A stretch of 63,683 bases of DNA, filler included, from Chrysochromulina tobinii (Eukaryota): NCBI GenBank assembly GCA_001275005.1. It is 5 parts of 5 records of this genome, joined end to end, with 100 filler letters (N's around TTAATTAATTAA, not from the genome) between each part and the next. Parts side by side here need not be neighbours in the genome. Positions count along the whole stretch, not along the records: positions 43,114 to 48,098 come from JWZX01001020.1; positions 48,199 to 61,149 come from JWZX01001021.1; 3 more parts are not named here. One strand, given 5' to 3'. Below the pieces are notes generated by a model. The model was not told where the DNA came from and did no database searches. It worked only from the letters and a program-made list of their open reading frames with translations. A program made the translations under genes and the position numbers. Positions 43,420 through 55,312 of the stretch are shown piece by piece. How positions within the stretch are numbered: the first letter of the stretch is position 1; each line of letters begins with the position of its first letter.

Positions 43420-46400
43420 GGAAATCGCTCAGCCTGTGATGCGATAGTTAGCGGGCGTTCAGCGCGCGCGGCGAGCGAGCTCTGCTCGGCAGCTCCCCTT
43501 TGGTGAGCGATTACGAGGTAGTCATTACAAGGAAATCGTGATCAAGATCACGGGCTATCGCGGGCACTTAGCCTGTGAAGCGATCGATAGCGGGCGGTTG
43601 GCGGTAAGGTTGGCGGTTAGGTTGGCGGCCGCACGCAGCGCGTGCGCGAGCGTGTGTGGGCTGCCTCTTGGTAGGCCCCTTGTACAGTCGGGCCGCCTCT
43701 CGGCATCCTCCGCCTCTGTGAGCAACCACAGGGTAATCTTGAAGCAATCATGATCATGATGATGAGCCGTCACGGGCACTTAGCCTGTGATGCGATCGTT
43801 AGCGGGCGTCTGCACACGCAGCGCGTGCGCGAGCGAGGTGTGGGCCGCTTCTCGGCAGCCCCCTTTGTGAGGATCACCTGGTAATCATGATGCACTCACG
43901 ATCACGACGAAGGGCCATCAGTGGCACTTAGACTGTGCGATCGATAGCGGGCGCTTAGCCTGTGATGCGGTTGACAACTGGCGATCTGCGCGCGCGCGTG
44001 TGTAAGCGAAGTGTGGGCCGCGCCTCTCGGCAGCCAACTTGGCGAGAAATCATGAGGTAATCATGATGCACTCACGGTCACGATGATGAGCTATCACGGG
44101 CACTTAGCCTGAGTGATGCGATTGTTAGCTGGCGGTCTGCGCGCGCAGCGCGTGCGCAAGCGACGTGTGGGCCGCCTCTCGGTAGAGCCCCCTTGGTGAG
44201 GATCGCGCCGGTCGCCTCTCGGTGAGCCATCATGACGAGCAATCGCGAGGTAATCATGATGCAGTCATGATCAGGATGACGGGCCATCGCGGTGGCACTT
44301 GGTCTGTGAAGCGGGAAGTCGGCGCCGGTGGCGCACGAGCGAAGGGCGAGCCGCCTCTCGGTAGCCCCCTCGGTGAGCCAGTCAAGACTTAATCATGATG
44401 CAATCATGATCAGGTTGATGAGCCATCATGGGCAATCAGCCTCTGACGCGCTCCTAAGCGGGCGGTTGGCGCGCGCAGCGAGCAAGAGAAGCGCGGGCCG
44501 CCTCTCGGCAGCCCCTCGATGAGCAATCACGATGTAATCATGATGCAATCATGATCAGGGTGATGAGCCATCAGTGGCACTCAGCCTCTGACGCGCTCCT
44601 AAGCGGGCGGTCGGCGCGCGCAGCGCGAGCGAGAGAAGCGCGGGCCGCCTCTCGGCAGCCCCTCGGTGAGCAATCACGATGTAATCATGATGCAATCATG
44701 ATCAGGGTGATGAGCCATCAGTGGCACTCAGCCTCTGACGCGCTCCTAAGCGGGCAGTCGGCGCGCGCAGCGAGCGAGAGAAGCGCGGGCCGCCTCTCGG
44801 CAGCCCCTCGATGAGCCATCACGATGTAATCATGATGCAATCATGATCAGGGTGATGAGCCATCAGTGGCACTCAGCCTCTGACGAAATCATAATCGAGC
44901 GGTCGGCGCGCGCAGTGAGCAAGAGAAGCGCGGGCCGCCTCCCGGCAGCCCCTCGATGAGCCATCACGATGTAATCATGATGCAATCATGATCAGGGTGA
45001 TGAGCCATCAGTGGCACTCAGCCTCTGACGAGCTCATAAGCGGGCGGTCCACGCGCGTAGCAAACGAGAGAAGCGCGGGCCGCCTCTCGGCAGCCCCTCG
45101 ATGAGCAATCACGATGTAATCATGATGCAATCATGATCAGGGTGATGAGCCATCAATGGCACTCAGCCTCTGACGAGCCATCACGATGTAATCATGATGC
45201 AATCATGATCAGGGTGATGAGCCATCAGTGGCACTCAGCCTCTGACGAGCTTATAAGCGGGCGGTCGGCGCGCGCAGCGAGTGAGCGAAGCGTGGGTCGC
45301 CTCTCGGCACACGGCAGCCCCTCGATGAGCAATCACGATGTAATCATGATGCAGTCATGATCAGGGTGATGAGCCATCGCTGGCAATCAGCCCGTGATGA
45401 GAGTGATGGCAATCAGCCCGTGATGAGAGTGATCGATGTAGCGAGCGGTCGGCGCGCGCGGCAAGCGAGCGACAGCCTGCGCTGCCAAGCAAGCAAAAGG
45501 GCGAGAGCAGCTGCTTGTATCGGAACCGAGCCGACGCAGCCGCGGCGGCGAGCGTCACCTCGCCTGCGAGGGCGATCAGCTGTGCAAGAGCCGAGTGGCG
45601 AGTGGGGGGCCTGCGCCACCAAAGCACGAGAGCGAGAGCGTCTGTGCTTGTATCGAAGCCGAGCCGATACAGCGGCGGCGGCGAGCATCACGTCGGTTAG
45701 GGCGGTCGGCGGCGCAAGAGCTAAGCGGCGGGTGGGGGCAAGCTCGTAAGTGGGCACCTTTCGGCGCGCGTGATGCACGAGCGAAGAGCGGGCCGCCTCT
45801 CGGCAGCCCCCTCGGTGAGCCAGTCAAGACTTAATCATGATGCAATCATGATCAGGTTGATGAGCCATCACGGGCAGTCAGCCTGTGAAGCGCACGTTAG
45901 CAGGCGGTCGGCTCGCGTGGCGCGCGAGCGAGGCGCTGGCCGCCTCTCGGCAGCCCCCTCGGTGAGCAATCATGACGTACTCATGATGCAATCATGCTCA
46001 GGGCGATGAGCCATCAATGGCACTCAGCCTCTGACGAGCTCATAAGCGGGCGATCGGCGCGCGTGGGGCGCGAGCGAGGCGTGGGCCGCCTTTCGGCAGT
46101 CCTCGGTGAGCGAGTCACGACTGAATCATGATGCGAATCGTGATCATGTTGATGAGCCCTCGTGGGCAATCAGCCTGTAGAGCGCTCATTAGCAGGCAGT
46201 CGGCGCGCTCGGCGAGTGAGCGAAGCGCGGGCCGCCTCTCGGCAACCTTTTGGTGAGCAATCGCGATGTGATCATGATGCAATCATGGTCAGGATGATCA
46301 GCTATCACTGGTAATCAGCTGGTGATGAGCGCGATCGTCGTTAGCGAGCGGTCGGCGCGCGCGCGCGCAAGGTGCACGAGCAAAGAGCGGGCCGCCACTC

Positions 46401-46990
46401 GGCAGCCCTCTAGGTGAGCGTTCACGATGTAATCATGATGCAATCATGATCATGTTGATGAGCCATCACGGGCAGTCAGCCGGTGATGTGCTCGTTAGAA
46501 GGCGGGCAACACGCGCAGCGGGTGAGCGAAGCGCGGGCCGCCTCTCGGCAGCCCCTCGGTGAGCCATCACGATGTAATCATGAAGCAGTCATGACCAGGG
46601 TGATGAGCAATCGGTGGCACTCAGCCTCTGACGCGCTCCTAAGCGAGCGGTCAGCGCGCGCAGCGAGCGAGCGAAGCGTGGGTCGCCTCTCGGCAGCCCC
46701 TCGATGAGCCATCACGATGTAATCATGATGCAGTCATGACCAGGGTGATGAGCCATCAGTGGCACTCAGCCTCTGACGAGCTTATAAGCGGGCGGTCGGC
46801 GCGCGCAGCGAGTGAGCGAAGCGCGGGTCGCCTCTCGGCAGCCCCTCGATGAGCAATCACGATGTAATCATGATGCAGTCATGATCAGGGTGATGAGCCA
46901 TCGCTGGCAATCAGCCCGTGATGAGAGTGATGGCAATCAGCCCGTGATGAGAGTGATCGATGTAGCGAGCGGTCGGCGCGCGCGGCAAGC
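43420..46990. repeat. Tandem satellite with ~145-bp monomer and higher-order structure
   Basis: GGGCCGCCTC(T/C)CGGCAGCCCC starts at 44495, 44642, 44787, 44932 and 45077 (periods 147, 145, 145, 145). Core AATCATGATGCAATCATGATCAGGGTGATGAGCCATCA. Copies are more diverged toward 43420-44300. Confidence 0.93.
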
Positions 46991-47024
46991 GAGCGACAGC
47001 CTGCGCCGCCAAAGCAGGCAAAAG

Positions 47025-47920
47025 GGCGAGAGCAGCCGCTTGTATCGGAGCTGAGCCGACGCAGCAGCGGCGGCGAGTGCTTGAGTCAAAGCCGAGCCGA
47101 TGCAGCGGCGGCGGCGAGCATCGCGCCGGTTAGGGCGGTCGGCTGCGCAAAGGAGCTAAGCGGTGAGCGGGGGCCTGCGCCGCCGAGCATGAGAGCGAGA
47201 GCAGCTGCTTGTATCGGAGCTGAGCCGACGCAGCAGCGGCGGCGGGTGCTTGAATCGAAGCCTAGCCGATGCAGCGGCGGCGGCGAGCATCACGCTGGTT
47301 ATGGCGGTCGGCTGCGCAAAAGAGCTAAGCGGTGAGCGGGGGCCTGCGCCGCCGAGCACGAGAGCGAGAGCAGCTGTTTGTATCGGAGCTGAGCCGACGC
47401 AGCAGCGGCGGCGAGTGCTTGAATCACAGCTGAGCCGACGCCGCAGCGGCGACGAGCATCATGCTGGTTAGGGTGATCAGCTGCGCACGAGCCGAGCATG
47501 TTTGAGCGCTAGTCAGCGCCGATCACGCACGAGAGCAAGAGATGCAGCATGCGTATCGATGCCGAGCCGATGCAGCCGCGGTGGCCATATGCCCTCGAGG
47601 GCAATCAGCTGCCCTAGAGCTGAGCATCAAATAAGCGTCGAGCGCTCGCCTGCGCCGCCCAAGTATGTGGGCGATAGCAGCAACGTGTATCAATGCGAAG
47701 CCGACGCAGCCGCGATGCCTAACGTAATGCTACGCCGACGCAGCCGTGGCGGCGAGCGTGACGCTCGCAGGGGCGCTCGGCTGCCCTAGAGCGGAGAATC
47801 GAGTAAGCGTCGAGCGCCAGCCGGTGCAGTTCAGCACGATAGCGAGAACCAACAGCACACATTGAAGCCGAGCTGACGCAGCCGCGGCGGCGAGCGTCAC
47901 GCCCGCGAGGGCGATCTGCT
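47025..47920. repeat. Second tandem repeat, ~169-bp unit, degenerating distally; related block at ~45480-45750
   Basis: TGTATCGGAGCTGAGCCGACGCAGCAGCGGCGGCG at 47041, 47210 and 47379. Confidence 0.88.
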
Positions 47921-48098
47921 GCAGATGTTTCGCTGATGCGGATGACGGTGCGTTGCGGCATGCGTCGCTGGCGGTGCCCCCGGCACCGCTCCAATGGGAG
48001 GGAGGGATGGAGAGAGAAAGCAGAGGGAGCGCCATCGCGCTTCGTCTGCCCGGATGTGCGCATGCACGATCCGGTGTGCGTGCGTGGGCGCCTTCGTA

Positions 48099-48198
48099 NN
48101 NNNNNNNNNNNNNNNNNNNNNNNNNNNNNNNNNNNNNNNNNNTTAATTAATTAANNNNNNNNNNNNNNNNNNNNNNNNNNNNNNNNNNNNNNNNNNNN
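48099..48198. other. Artificial contig linker
   Basis: N44-TTAATTAATTAA-N44. Confidence 0.98.
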
Positions 48199-48200
48199 AC

Positions 48201-48635
48201 CCACCTCTCAAGGACCTCCGTCTGGGATACGATTACCATGCGGAGGTCTCAGGTTTCCTCCCACCATTCAGATACGAGATTGGAGATGAGGGTGCGATTG
48301 CGCTCGTCGAAGGCCTGCGCACCAACACCAACCTTATATTCCTCGGTTTGCGCGGCGCATCAATTACTCTGCAGGGCTCAGCTGAGCTGGCACATGCGAT
48401 GGTGATCAATCCCGAGCTTGACGTCGACTTGCAATGGGACATCTTCGCGCGCTTCAACATACTTATGCTCGTTCCGGGCTGCATCAGTGTGTTTGGATCC
48501 CAGAAGCGAAAGACACGGTGGAATTACCGGATGGCGCAGAAGCTCAAGCAGCGACAGCGGCGACAGAGCAGATTGACCCCCGCCGTCTTGGGACCCTTGC
48601 GGTCGGATCTGCAAGAGGTTCTACTCCGAGACTGA
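48201..48635 (+). CDS. 3' end of an RNI-like leucine-rich repeat protein; 5' truncated
   Basis: LKDLRLG..EIGDEGAIALVEGLRTNTNLIFLGLRGASITLQGSAELAHAMVINPEL. Confidence 0.75.
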   Translation, partial: PPLKDLRLGYDYHAEVSGFLPPFRYEIGDEGAIALVEGLRTNTNLIFLGLRGASITLQGSAELAHAMVINPELDVDLQWDIFARFNILMLVPGCISVFGSQKRKTRWNYRMAQKLKQRQRRQSRLTPAVLGPLRSDLQEVLLRD

Positions 48636-49087
48636 CACGAGTGCGGTCCCACAGCGGCCATCGGAGCGGGCACCTCGTCGCTTGGGACACGGATCCATAG
48701 GCTATGGCTTACCACACGGCCGGAGTGTGAAAGGGGATCCGCCGGAAGAAGATCACCGACATGAAGATGCGCCTTCTCAAGGACGCAGTCAAGGCGGGCG
48801 GGCGGCCCGCCGGCTGATCGAGATTGGCTCAGGGATGGGACGAGAGGGCCCGCGGGTCTTTGAATAACACCGTTTACCCCGGTCTGACGGCGCCGCTTTG
48901 CGTGACCCTCGCCTTGACTGTGTGAAGTCGTAGAGGCCGGGGAATTGAATTGGGAATAGTCGTGATGGGGCACGTGGCTTTGTGTTCTTCTCTCAAGTCA
49001 AGTTTAATGAATACAATAAGCGCCGCGCCGCGCCACCTTCTATGTGCGCGCGACAGGAGCAATCCTGTGGGCTCTGACAAAGAATAC

Positions 49088-50104
49088 TCACACTTTCCTC
49101 TCAGCCTGCGAGCGGCCCTCTCGGGCTGTGAGCGCGACCTCGGCGACCGGGGTCTTGATCTCGCTGTCCTGGGTACGCACAGGCAGGTAGTCCTGCCGGC
49201 GTAGGGGCGCTTGCTGGTAGAGGCTGCCGCCGCCTAGACAGACGCACAGCGCGGCGATGCCGCCGGGCGAGGCGTGCTTGTCCCAGATCAGCACGTTGAT
49301 GAGCACGGTGAGCAGCTTGTTCATCACGCCCACTACCGTGTATGCGGTAGCCGTCACGACCGACTGGCACTTGAAGCCCGACCACGAGATCCCGATACCA
49401 GCCACGCACGAGAGCGCGAGCATGCCGAGTGCCTGAAGCGTCCAGTCCGTGGTAGCGAGGGCTTCAAAGTCGCCCGCGACGACGCCGATGAGGGCGGTGG
49501 GCGCGATGGCGAGGGCGTTCGTGTAGAGGACCGGCGACCAGATGGATTGCAGGCCGAGGCCCGAGACGAGGGTCTTGCCGTACGTGAGCTGAAAGATGAG
49601 CAGCACGAACCATACGGCCACCCACGTGTATGCAGCCTGCTGCGTCTCGCGCTCCGCCAGCGTCTGCCCTGACTTGCTGTCCAACGCCACGTAGGCAGAG
49701 GCGCCGAGCACGATAAGGACCATCGCCAGACACGAGCGGCGAGAGGGCAGCGCACGGTTGTAGAAGATGTAGTCGAGGACGGAGACGCAGATGGGGGCGC
49801 ACGAGCGAAACACGATGATCGTCTCGACGTTGGCGACCATGAGCACCTTCATGTTCGCCCATGTGCCGCCACTGAATGCCAGGATGTACACCACAAAGTG
49901 CTTCACCTTACGCCACTCGAGGGTATCGAGCTCCAACGCGCCACACGCCCAGCCCGCCATCACGCCGACTGCCGTTGCGACGAATTGCACGACCGTCACA
50001 AAGGCAGGAGCGTGTATGTGGTGCACGGCCAACTTGTTGAGCACAAGCATGCCACCCGAGCAGAAGCAGTAGAATGCAACGATCGCACCGACGGACATCG
50101 ACAT
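49088..50104 (-). CDS. Golgi GDP-mannose/GDP-fucose nucleotide-sugar transporter (GONST3/4-like)
   Basis: About 10 TM helices. MLVLNKLAV, NVETIIVFRS, SATAYTVVGVMNK-type GxxNK motif (TATAYTVVGVMNKLL), IWDKHAS, LYQQAP. Intronless. Confidence 0.9.
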   Translation of the reverse strand: MSMSVGAIVAFYCFCSGGMLVLNKLAVHHIHAPAFVTVVQFVATAVGVMAGWACGALELDTLEWRKVKHFVVYILAFSGGTWANMKVLMVANVETIIVFRSCAPICVSVLDYIFYNRALPSRRSCLAMVLIVLGASAYVALDSKSGQTLAERETQQAAYTWVAVWFVLLIFQLTYGKTLVSGLGLQSIWSPVLYTNALAIAPTALIGVVAGDFEALATTDWTLQALGMLALSCVAGIGISWSGFKCQSVVTATAYTVVGVMNKLLTVLINVLIWDKHASPGGIAALCVCLGGGSLYQQAPLRRQDYLPVRTQDSEIKTPVAEVALTAREGRSQAERKV

Positions 50105-50402
50105 GGCCCGAATGAGCCCGTGCGACACCGCACACGACGACCGACACAAAAACGAGGCTCCGACATCCCCCGGGAAGAAGTTTGATTTCGGCCGCGCCGT
50201 GCTGGCGGATTGGATGCGCTGCTGCTCCGCTGTTTGCTCCGCCTACCGGGTAGTGCGCTCGTCGCTTGAGAAATGATTAGCTTTGTTTTGGGCGTGTATT
50301 TTAAGTCCATTATAGTAGCAATCAGAGGATTCCCACATCCACACGCACAGCGTCTCGCACCAGCCACGCACAAGATCCAAGAGCACACCATTCCCTCTGG
50401 CG

Positions 50403-53400
50403 TCAAACGGTAGCGAACGTAGCGTCCGGCGCTGATGATGCAAGGGGGATCGCGGGAGAGTACGGCGCTTCCCCCGTGGAGAAGACGACAGGCGCGGGCG
50501 CGGGCGCGCTGATGGCTAGCGTGGGCGCGCTGGGGCGCAGCGCCTCCGCCACGAGCCGCTCAGCGGCTTCAAAGCTGGGCGACGCAAAGTCCGCAAGCTC
50601 CGCCGAGGGCGTGTTCGGGCACACCGGGGCAGCGCGTGGCGCCGTCATGGAGTCGCCAGACAGTTTCGTCGCCGTCGTCAGCGAGGGCGTTGGCACCGGC
50701 GTGGGCATTGGCGCCAGCGCGGGCGTGGGCGCCGGCGTGGGTGCCGGCGTGGGCGCCCGCGCACCACTCGCCCCCCCCCTCCCCTCGTGCGCCTCGCCGG
50801 CCGACGCCTGCAGCCGGTTCAGCTCGGATTCGAGGAACTCGATGCGGCGCGTGTAGTCGGAGCGCAGCCCCTCGATGCGCTCCTCGACGAGCCCGCGTCG
50901 GCGGCGCTGCCAGAGAGTGCCCCACTTGGCGTACGCGAGAGATGGGCGGAGGAGCTCCTCCGTGCTGTAAATGGCCCCGAGACCGCGCCCCGCCTCGGCC
51001 TCGGAACCGCTGCCCGGGCGCAGCCAGCGACCCTCTTGCGCGGGGCCCAAGCCGGGCGCGCCCGGCTCGCCTGCGCCGCACGTGCCGCCGCCCGCGCCGC
51101 CGCCCGTTGCGCCGCCAGCAGGCGGGCGCGGCAGGCCGAGCACCTCGTACATCATGAACGTGCGGAAGCGTTCGGCGTAGTCGTGAGGGTCGAGGGCCGA
51201 GATGCCCAGAGCATCGGCCCCCTTGCAAATGAGGTGGTACAGGGCGACGAGGACGAGGCGTTGCATGCGCCAGCGCAGGTTGTAGAACTCGAGCACGTCG
51301 ATGATGCCGAAAAAGTACGCCTTTTGGCGCTCGAGCGAGATGTAGCCGCCCGCCGCGCGCAGCTGCTCGAGCCGCGCCTCACTCTGCGCCTGGTTGAGGT
51401 GCGCTGGGAGCCGGACGATCCCGACGAGCAAAGAGTAATCGAGCAGCCCCTGCGACGCCAAGAACTTGGAGTCGCCTACTATGGTCTCCGCGATATGGAG
51501 CCGGTCGCTCTCATTCACGTCTACCGCCATGGCAATGTCCATCCACTCCCAATCCTTGAGTGTGCCGTATGCTGGCTGCTTCTTCACCCGCCTGCCCGGC
51601 GCGCTTCCCGCGGCGCCGGGCGTGCCGCTGACTTCGTCGAGGTCGGCGCCGGCGAGGCGGTGCAGGCTGCGCGCGGCGAGGGTACGTCGGTTGGCTGTGG
51701 CACCCTTGAGGTCAAACGCGAGCCACGGGCGCACAGGCACAAAGTTAGCCATGACTACAAAGTACACCTTGCCCGAGAAGGCCCAGCGTAGCGTCATCGA
51801 GTGGCAGCCCAGGTACTGGATGAACGAGTGGCCGTCGCGCTGCGCCACGTACTCCTCGTACGCGGGGAGCAGCGCCATGAGCGACTGCTTCTCGCGCCGC
51901 GAGATCTGCTTCACGATGAAGCACGAGGCGGGCCGCTCGGCGTCGGCGCCCGTAGGCGGGAGGACGCGATAGAAAAAGGAGCCGCTCTTGCCCTCGGAGA
52001 CGCTCTCCTTGAGTCTCTGCCGCCACGTGTCGCCGAGCGTGGTCAGGTCGTCAGGAAAGGCTCGGGCATACGCGGCCGCACTGACGCCGAAGAGCAAGCG
52101 CAACCGCCGGAAGCGCTCGACCTCGTAGTGCTGCGCCTGCGAGCGCGGCGCCGCCGCGTCGACGAGCGCGGCGCGCAGTGCGTTCATGTGGCTCTCTGAG
52201 GCGGACCGTGGGATGGGTGCCGACGCGCTCAGGCCTTCGGAGTACGAGACCGGCCGACCCGCCGGCGGCATGTACGGTCCGGGAGAGCGTAGGGGAGGTA
52301 GCGGGCTGAGCCCGAGACTCTCAGCCCGGAAGAGTGGAGGGAGGCTCTCGACATCGTCCAGACCAAGCGAGCGCAGAGCCCGATCGGAAGCCGCCTTCAT
52401 CTGGAAGGCACCCAAGCCCCGGGGCGGTGATGAGGTGGAGGAGGCGCACGCCACCGGCGAGACGATCTCGATCGGCTGCCACGAGTCCCCACAGCGCGAA
52501 TCCCCCTGGGCGTTGCTATGGCCTTGGCCACGGCCGTTGCCGTGGCCATTGTCACCCCCTGAGGTGGGCGAGCGCAGAGACTTCCACCCGTCGGGCCGGC
52601 CGGTGTGTGCGAGGGCGCTCGGAGGGGGGGCGCTCCCGCCCATGGCGCCCGCGCTGAGGAGCGGCTCGGCGAGCGGCGGGTGGGCGGCGGCGTGCTCGCG
52701 GCAGGTCGCGAGCGGCGGCGAGGCGAAGGAGGCACGGCGCGGCACTTGGCTGCTGTCGGGCCGGGGTGAGCTTTGGTGGGACTGAACGCGTGTGAGCTCG
52801 CGAGAGCCGGCGCCAATACTGGCACCGGCGAAGGAGCCGGAGATGGAGCCGGAGATGGAGCCGGTATGCGAGAGCTCGCCGAGATCGATCGAGGCCCGCC
52901 ATGGCGGCTCGGCCGCTCGGCGCTCGTGCGCGCGTGCCAACTGCTCCTCGCGGAGCTCCCACTGTGCTAGCTCGCCGATGCCGACGGCCACGTCATACAG
53001 GAGCTCAAACCGAAGCTCCTCCTTGAAACCGACCTCCTCAATGCCTTGCAGCTGCGCCGCCCGCAGCTGCCATCCCTGCCCCTGGGCGCCCGCGCCCGGA
53101 GCGCTCCCCGGGGTAGCATTGCCAACTGGTACAGTCCGCGCCCGCTGCAGCATGGGCAGCCCGGCGCCGCGGTCGGGCAGTTTGGCGCGTACGTGGCCTG
53201 CCCCCGGCGCGCGCGTGGCCATTTCCTCATGGGCGGGCTGGAAGCACGTCCACTTGGTGAGCGAGCAGACGCCGAAGGAGAGGTAGAGCACGTCGTTGAT
53301 CACAAGCCAGCCCGCGAGGGAAAGGATGGGGCGCGAGCACCAGACGAGTAGCAGCAGGTTCCACACCGCGGGCAGCCCGAGCCACTGCCCGACGTCATCG

Positions 53401-54397
53401 GCCAGCAGGAGGAACACCATCGCCGCCGACAGCTGCATGCCGTGTAGAACGAGGTACGCCGTGCCATGGCGCATCACCCGTTGGCGCGCCAAAAACGAGA
53501 TCGATGGCGCCGCTTGGTCGCGCCGTGCATTGCGCAGCAGGGCGCTCGACACAAGCAGCCGCACGGCCGTATGCAAGAAGAAGCCGCACACTGCAAAGAG
53601 CCCAAACGGCACGTACACAAAGGCGGCGCCCAGGCAGTTCAGCCCCGCATACTTAGTTTCGACATGGTCCGTCCTGCACACGCGCGCGGAGCGAACGACG
53701 TGTGAACGAGGTGTGAACGAGGTGGTAGGACGTGAGAGACGCGCGGCACGGGGGCGCGCGTGAGGCCGGTGGACGTCAAATGGGGATGCGCGTGATGGCG
53801 CCGAGTGTGCGGGGGGCGTCGGGGCATTGGGCCCGGGCGTTGATCCGGCGCGCACAGGTCGAAGTTCCGGATGACGCCCGTGATCACGCCGATGCCAGCT
53901 GTGGCGGCGAGCGAGACGACCACGACGAAGAGCGGATAGATGGGCCGGTAGCGGTCCGGCTCGAAGGGATTGCGGTACGTTGCGACGATATCGAGGAACA
54001 TGAGGAACCGCCACGCATGAGCGGCGATCTCGAAGGCCGACACACATAGCAGTAGAGGCGCGATCGTGTTGGTTGGACCGTTGAGTAAAAGGTCGCCTTC
54101 CTCGGGATTGGGCTCAAAAAACCAGAGCGCCAGCAAGCATCCCGACACGACCATCTCGCAAAGTGCCGCACGCACCATGAGCCAGCCGGGTGTGCGGCGA
54201 ACGCGTGGTATCATGCGGTAGAGCACTACGAGCGTGAGTGAGCTAGCAATCGCCGCCGTGGTGATTACGACGAGGTCGTAACGGACGCTTCCCGGCTGGA
54301 GCTGGTGGTCTGGCGGTGACCCTGGCGGAGACCCTGGCGGCAAAGGGGCCATCGGTGGTGCGGGTGGTTGTACGGGCGGTTGTGTGGGCGGCTCCAT
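50403..54397 (-). CDS. GPCR-PIPK: 7TM receptor fused to a phosphatidylinositol phosphate kinase domain, ~1,270 aa, 2 exons
   Basis: Exons 54397-53856 and 53673-50403 (phase-2 intron 53674-53855). Seven hydrophobic segments. LR(x9)GI motif LRFELLYDVAVGI (52977-53015). PIPK motifs GKSGSFFY, FIVKQI, VVMANF, FDLKG, LKD, LDYSLLVGI, FFGIIDVL, YAERF. Confidence 0.9.
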
Positions 54398-54750
54398 TGG
54401 CGAGGTCGCCAAGACTTGGCTGCTCGCTCACCCGCCAAGGGTGCCTCGAGGGTGACCGGCGACACCGTCTGTAAGCCCAACACGTTTAGTTTCGTCAACC
54501 CAATTGTTTCTTGGGAAACGTCCGGACCGGGTGTGTGCATACGCAGGTCACGCACCCGCGGCGAGAGCGAGACCGCGCCGACCGCGAAACGGCAGATCGG
54601 GGGTCTCGGGGCACGGACACGCACTTAGCCAGTCTCACACGCACGGAGTCGGTGACGGAGCGGAGAGATCACTCGCACCTCTTGAGATCATCTCTTGATC
54701 TCTGAGATCAGAGATGTGTAAGGGAGGTGAGTCCTTTGTCCTATCTTTCC

Positions 54751-54840
54751 GAGATCTCGCACTCAAGAGATCTCTCACCCACAGCAGGGGTCACAGCAGC
54801 GGCCAGCGCTGCGCGAGCACGGATGCAACACAGGACTTGA
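54751..54840 (+). repeat. Dispersed ~90-bp repeat, copy 1 (copy 2 at 59762-59852), followed by GTATCCTGA microrepeats at ~54900-54990
   Basis: GAGATCTCG(C)ACTCA..TCTCTCACCCA..CACAGCAGC..GCCAGCGC..GCGAGCACGG..GCAACACAGGA(A)CTTG is shared by both copies. Confidence 0.7.
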
Positions 54841-55312
54841 CATGCGAAAGGGTGAGTTTCGCAGTTTCCTATCGTGTTTGGGGTCAGTTTCCTATCAGAT
54901 GCGTATCCTGATGTATCGTGATGTATCCTGAGACTGCATCCTGAAGGATACTTGTATCCTGAGTGTATCCTGATGTATCTCAAATGCATCCAGAGATAGT
55001 TGATATGAATATGAAGGGGACAAGCGGGAAACATGCGAGATACATACGAGAGACAGTAACACTTGTAACATGGTCTCAAGGTGTCACAATGGTCAATGCA
55101 CCTGCACGCGGCACAGCTCTTCCTCTCACTTCTGCAGCCTTTGCCCCCACCTTCTGCACCATATGGGCACCGGCCCCTCCTAGAAATTCCTACTCTTCTC
55201 GCTGTGCCTTCGAGCTGCAGCTCCTTGCCCTCCGCCTTGCCGTGCGCTCCACGGTACCACGCCGCGTCCGTCCCACCCGCAGCCCTCCGCACGCGATCGA
55301 CCACACTAGCGG

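Noticed and set aside
43420..46990. CRISPR-like or coding repeat; many short ORFs in the track
   Set aside because: The whole 145-bp monomer is repeated and all frames are interrupted by frequent TGA stops. It is a satellite.
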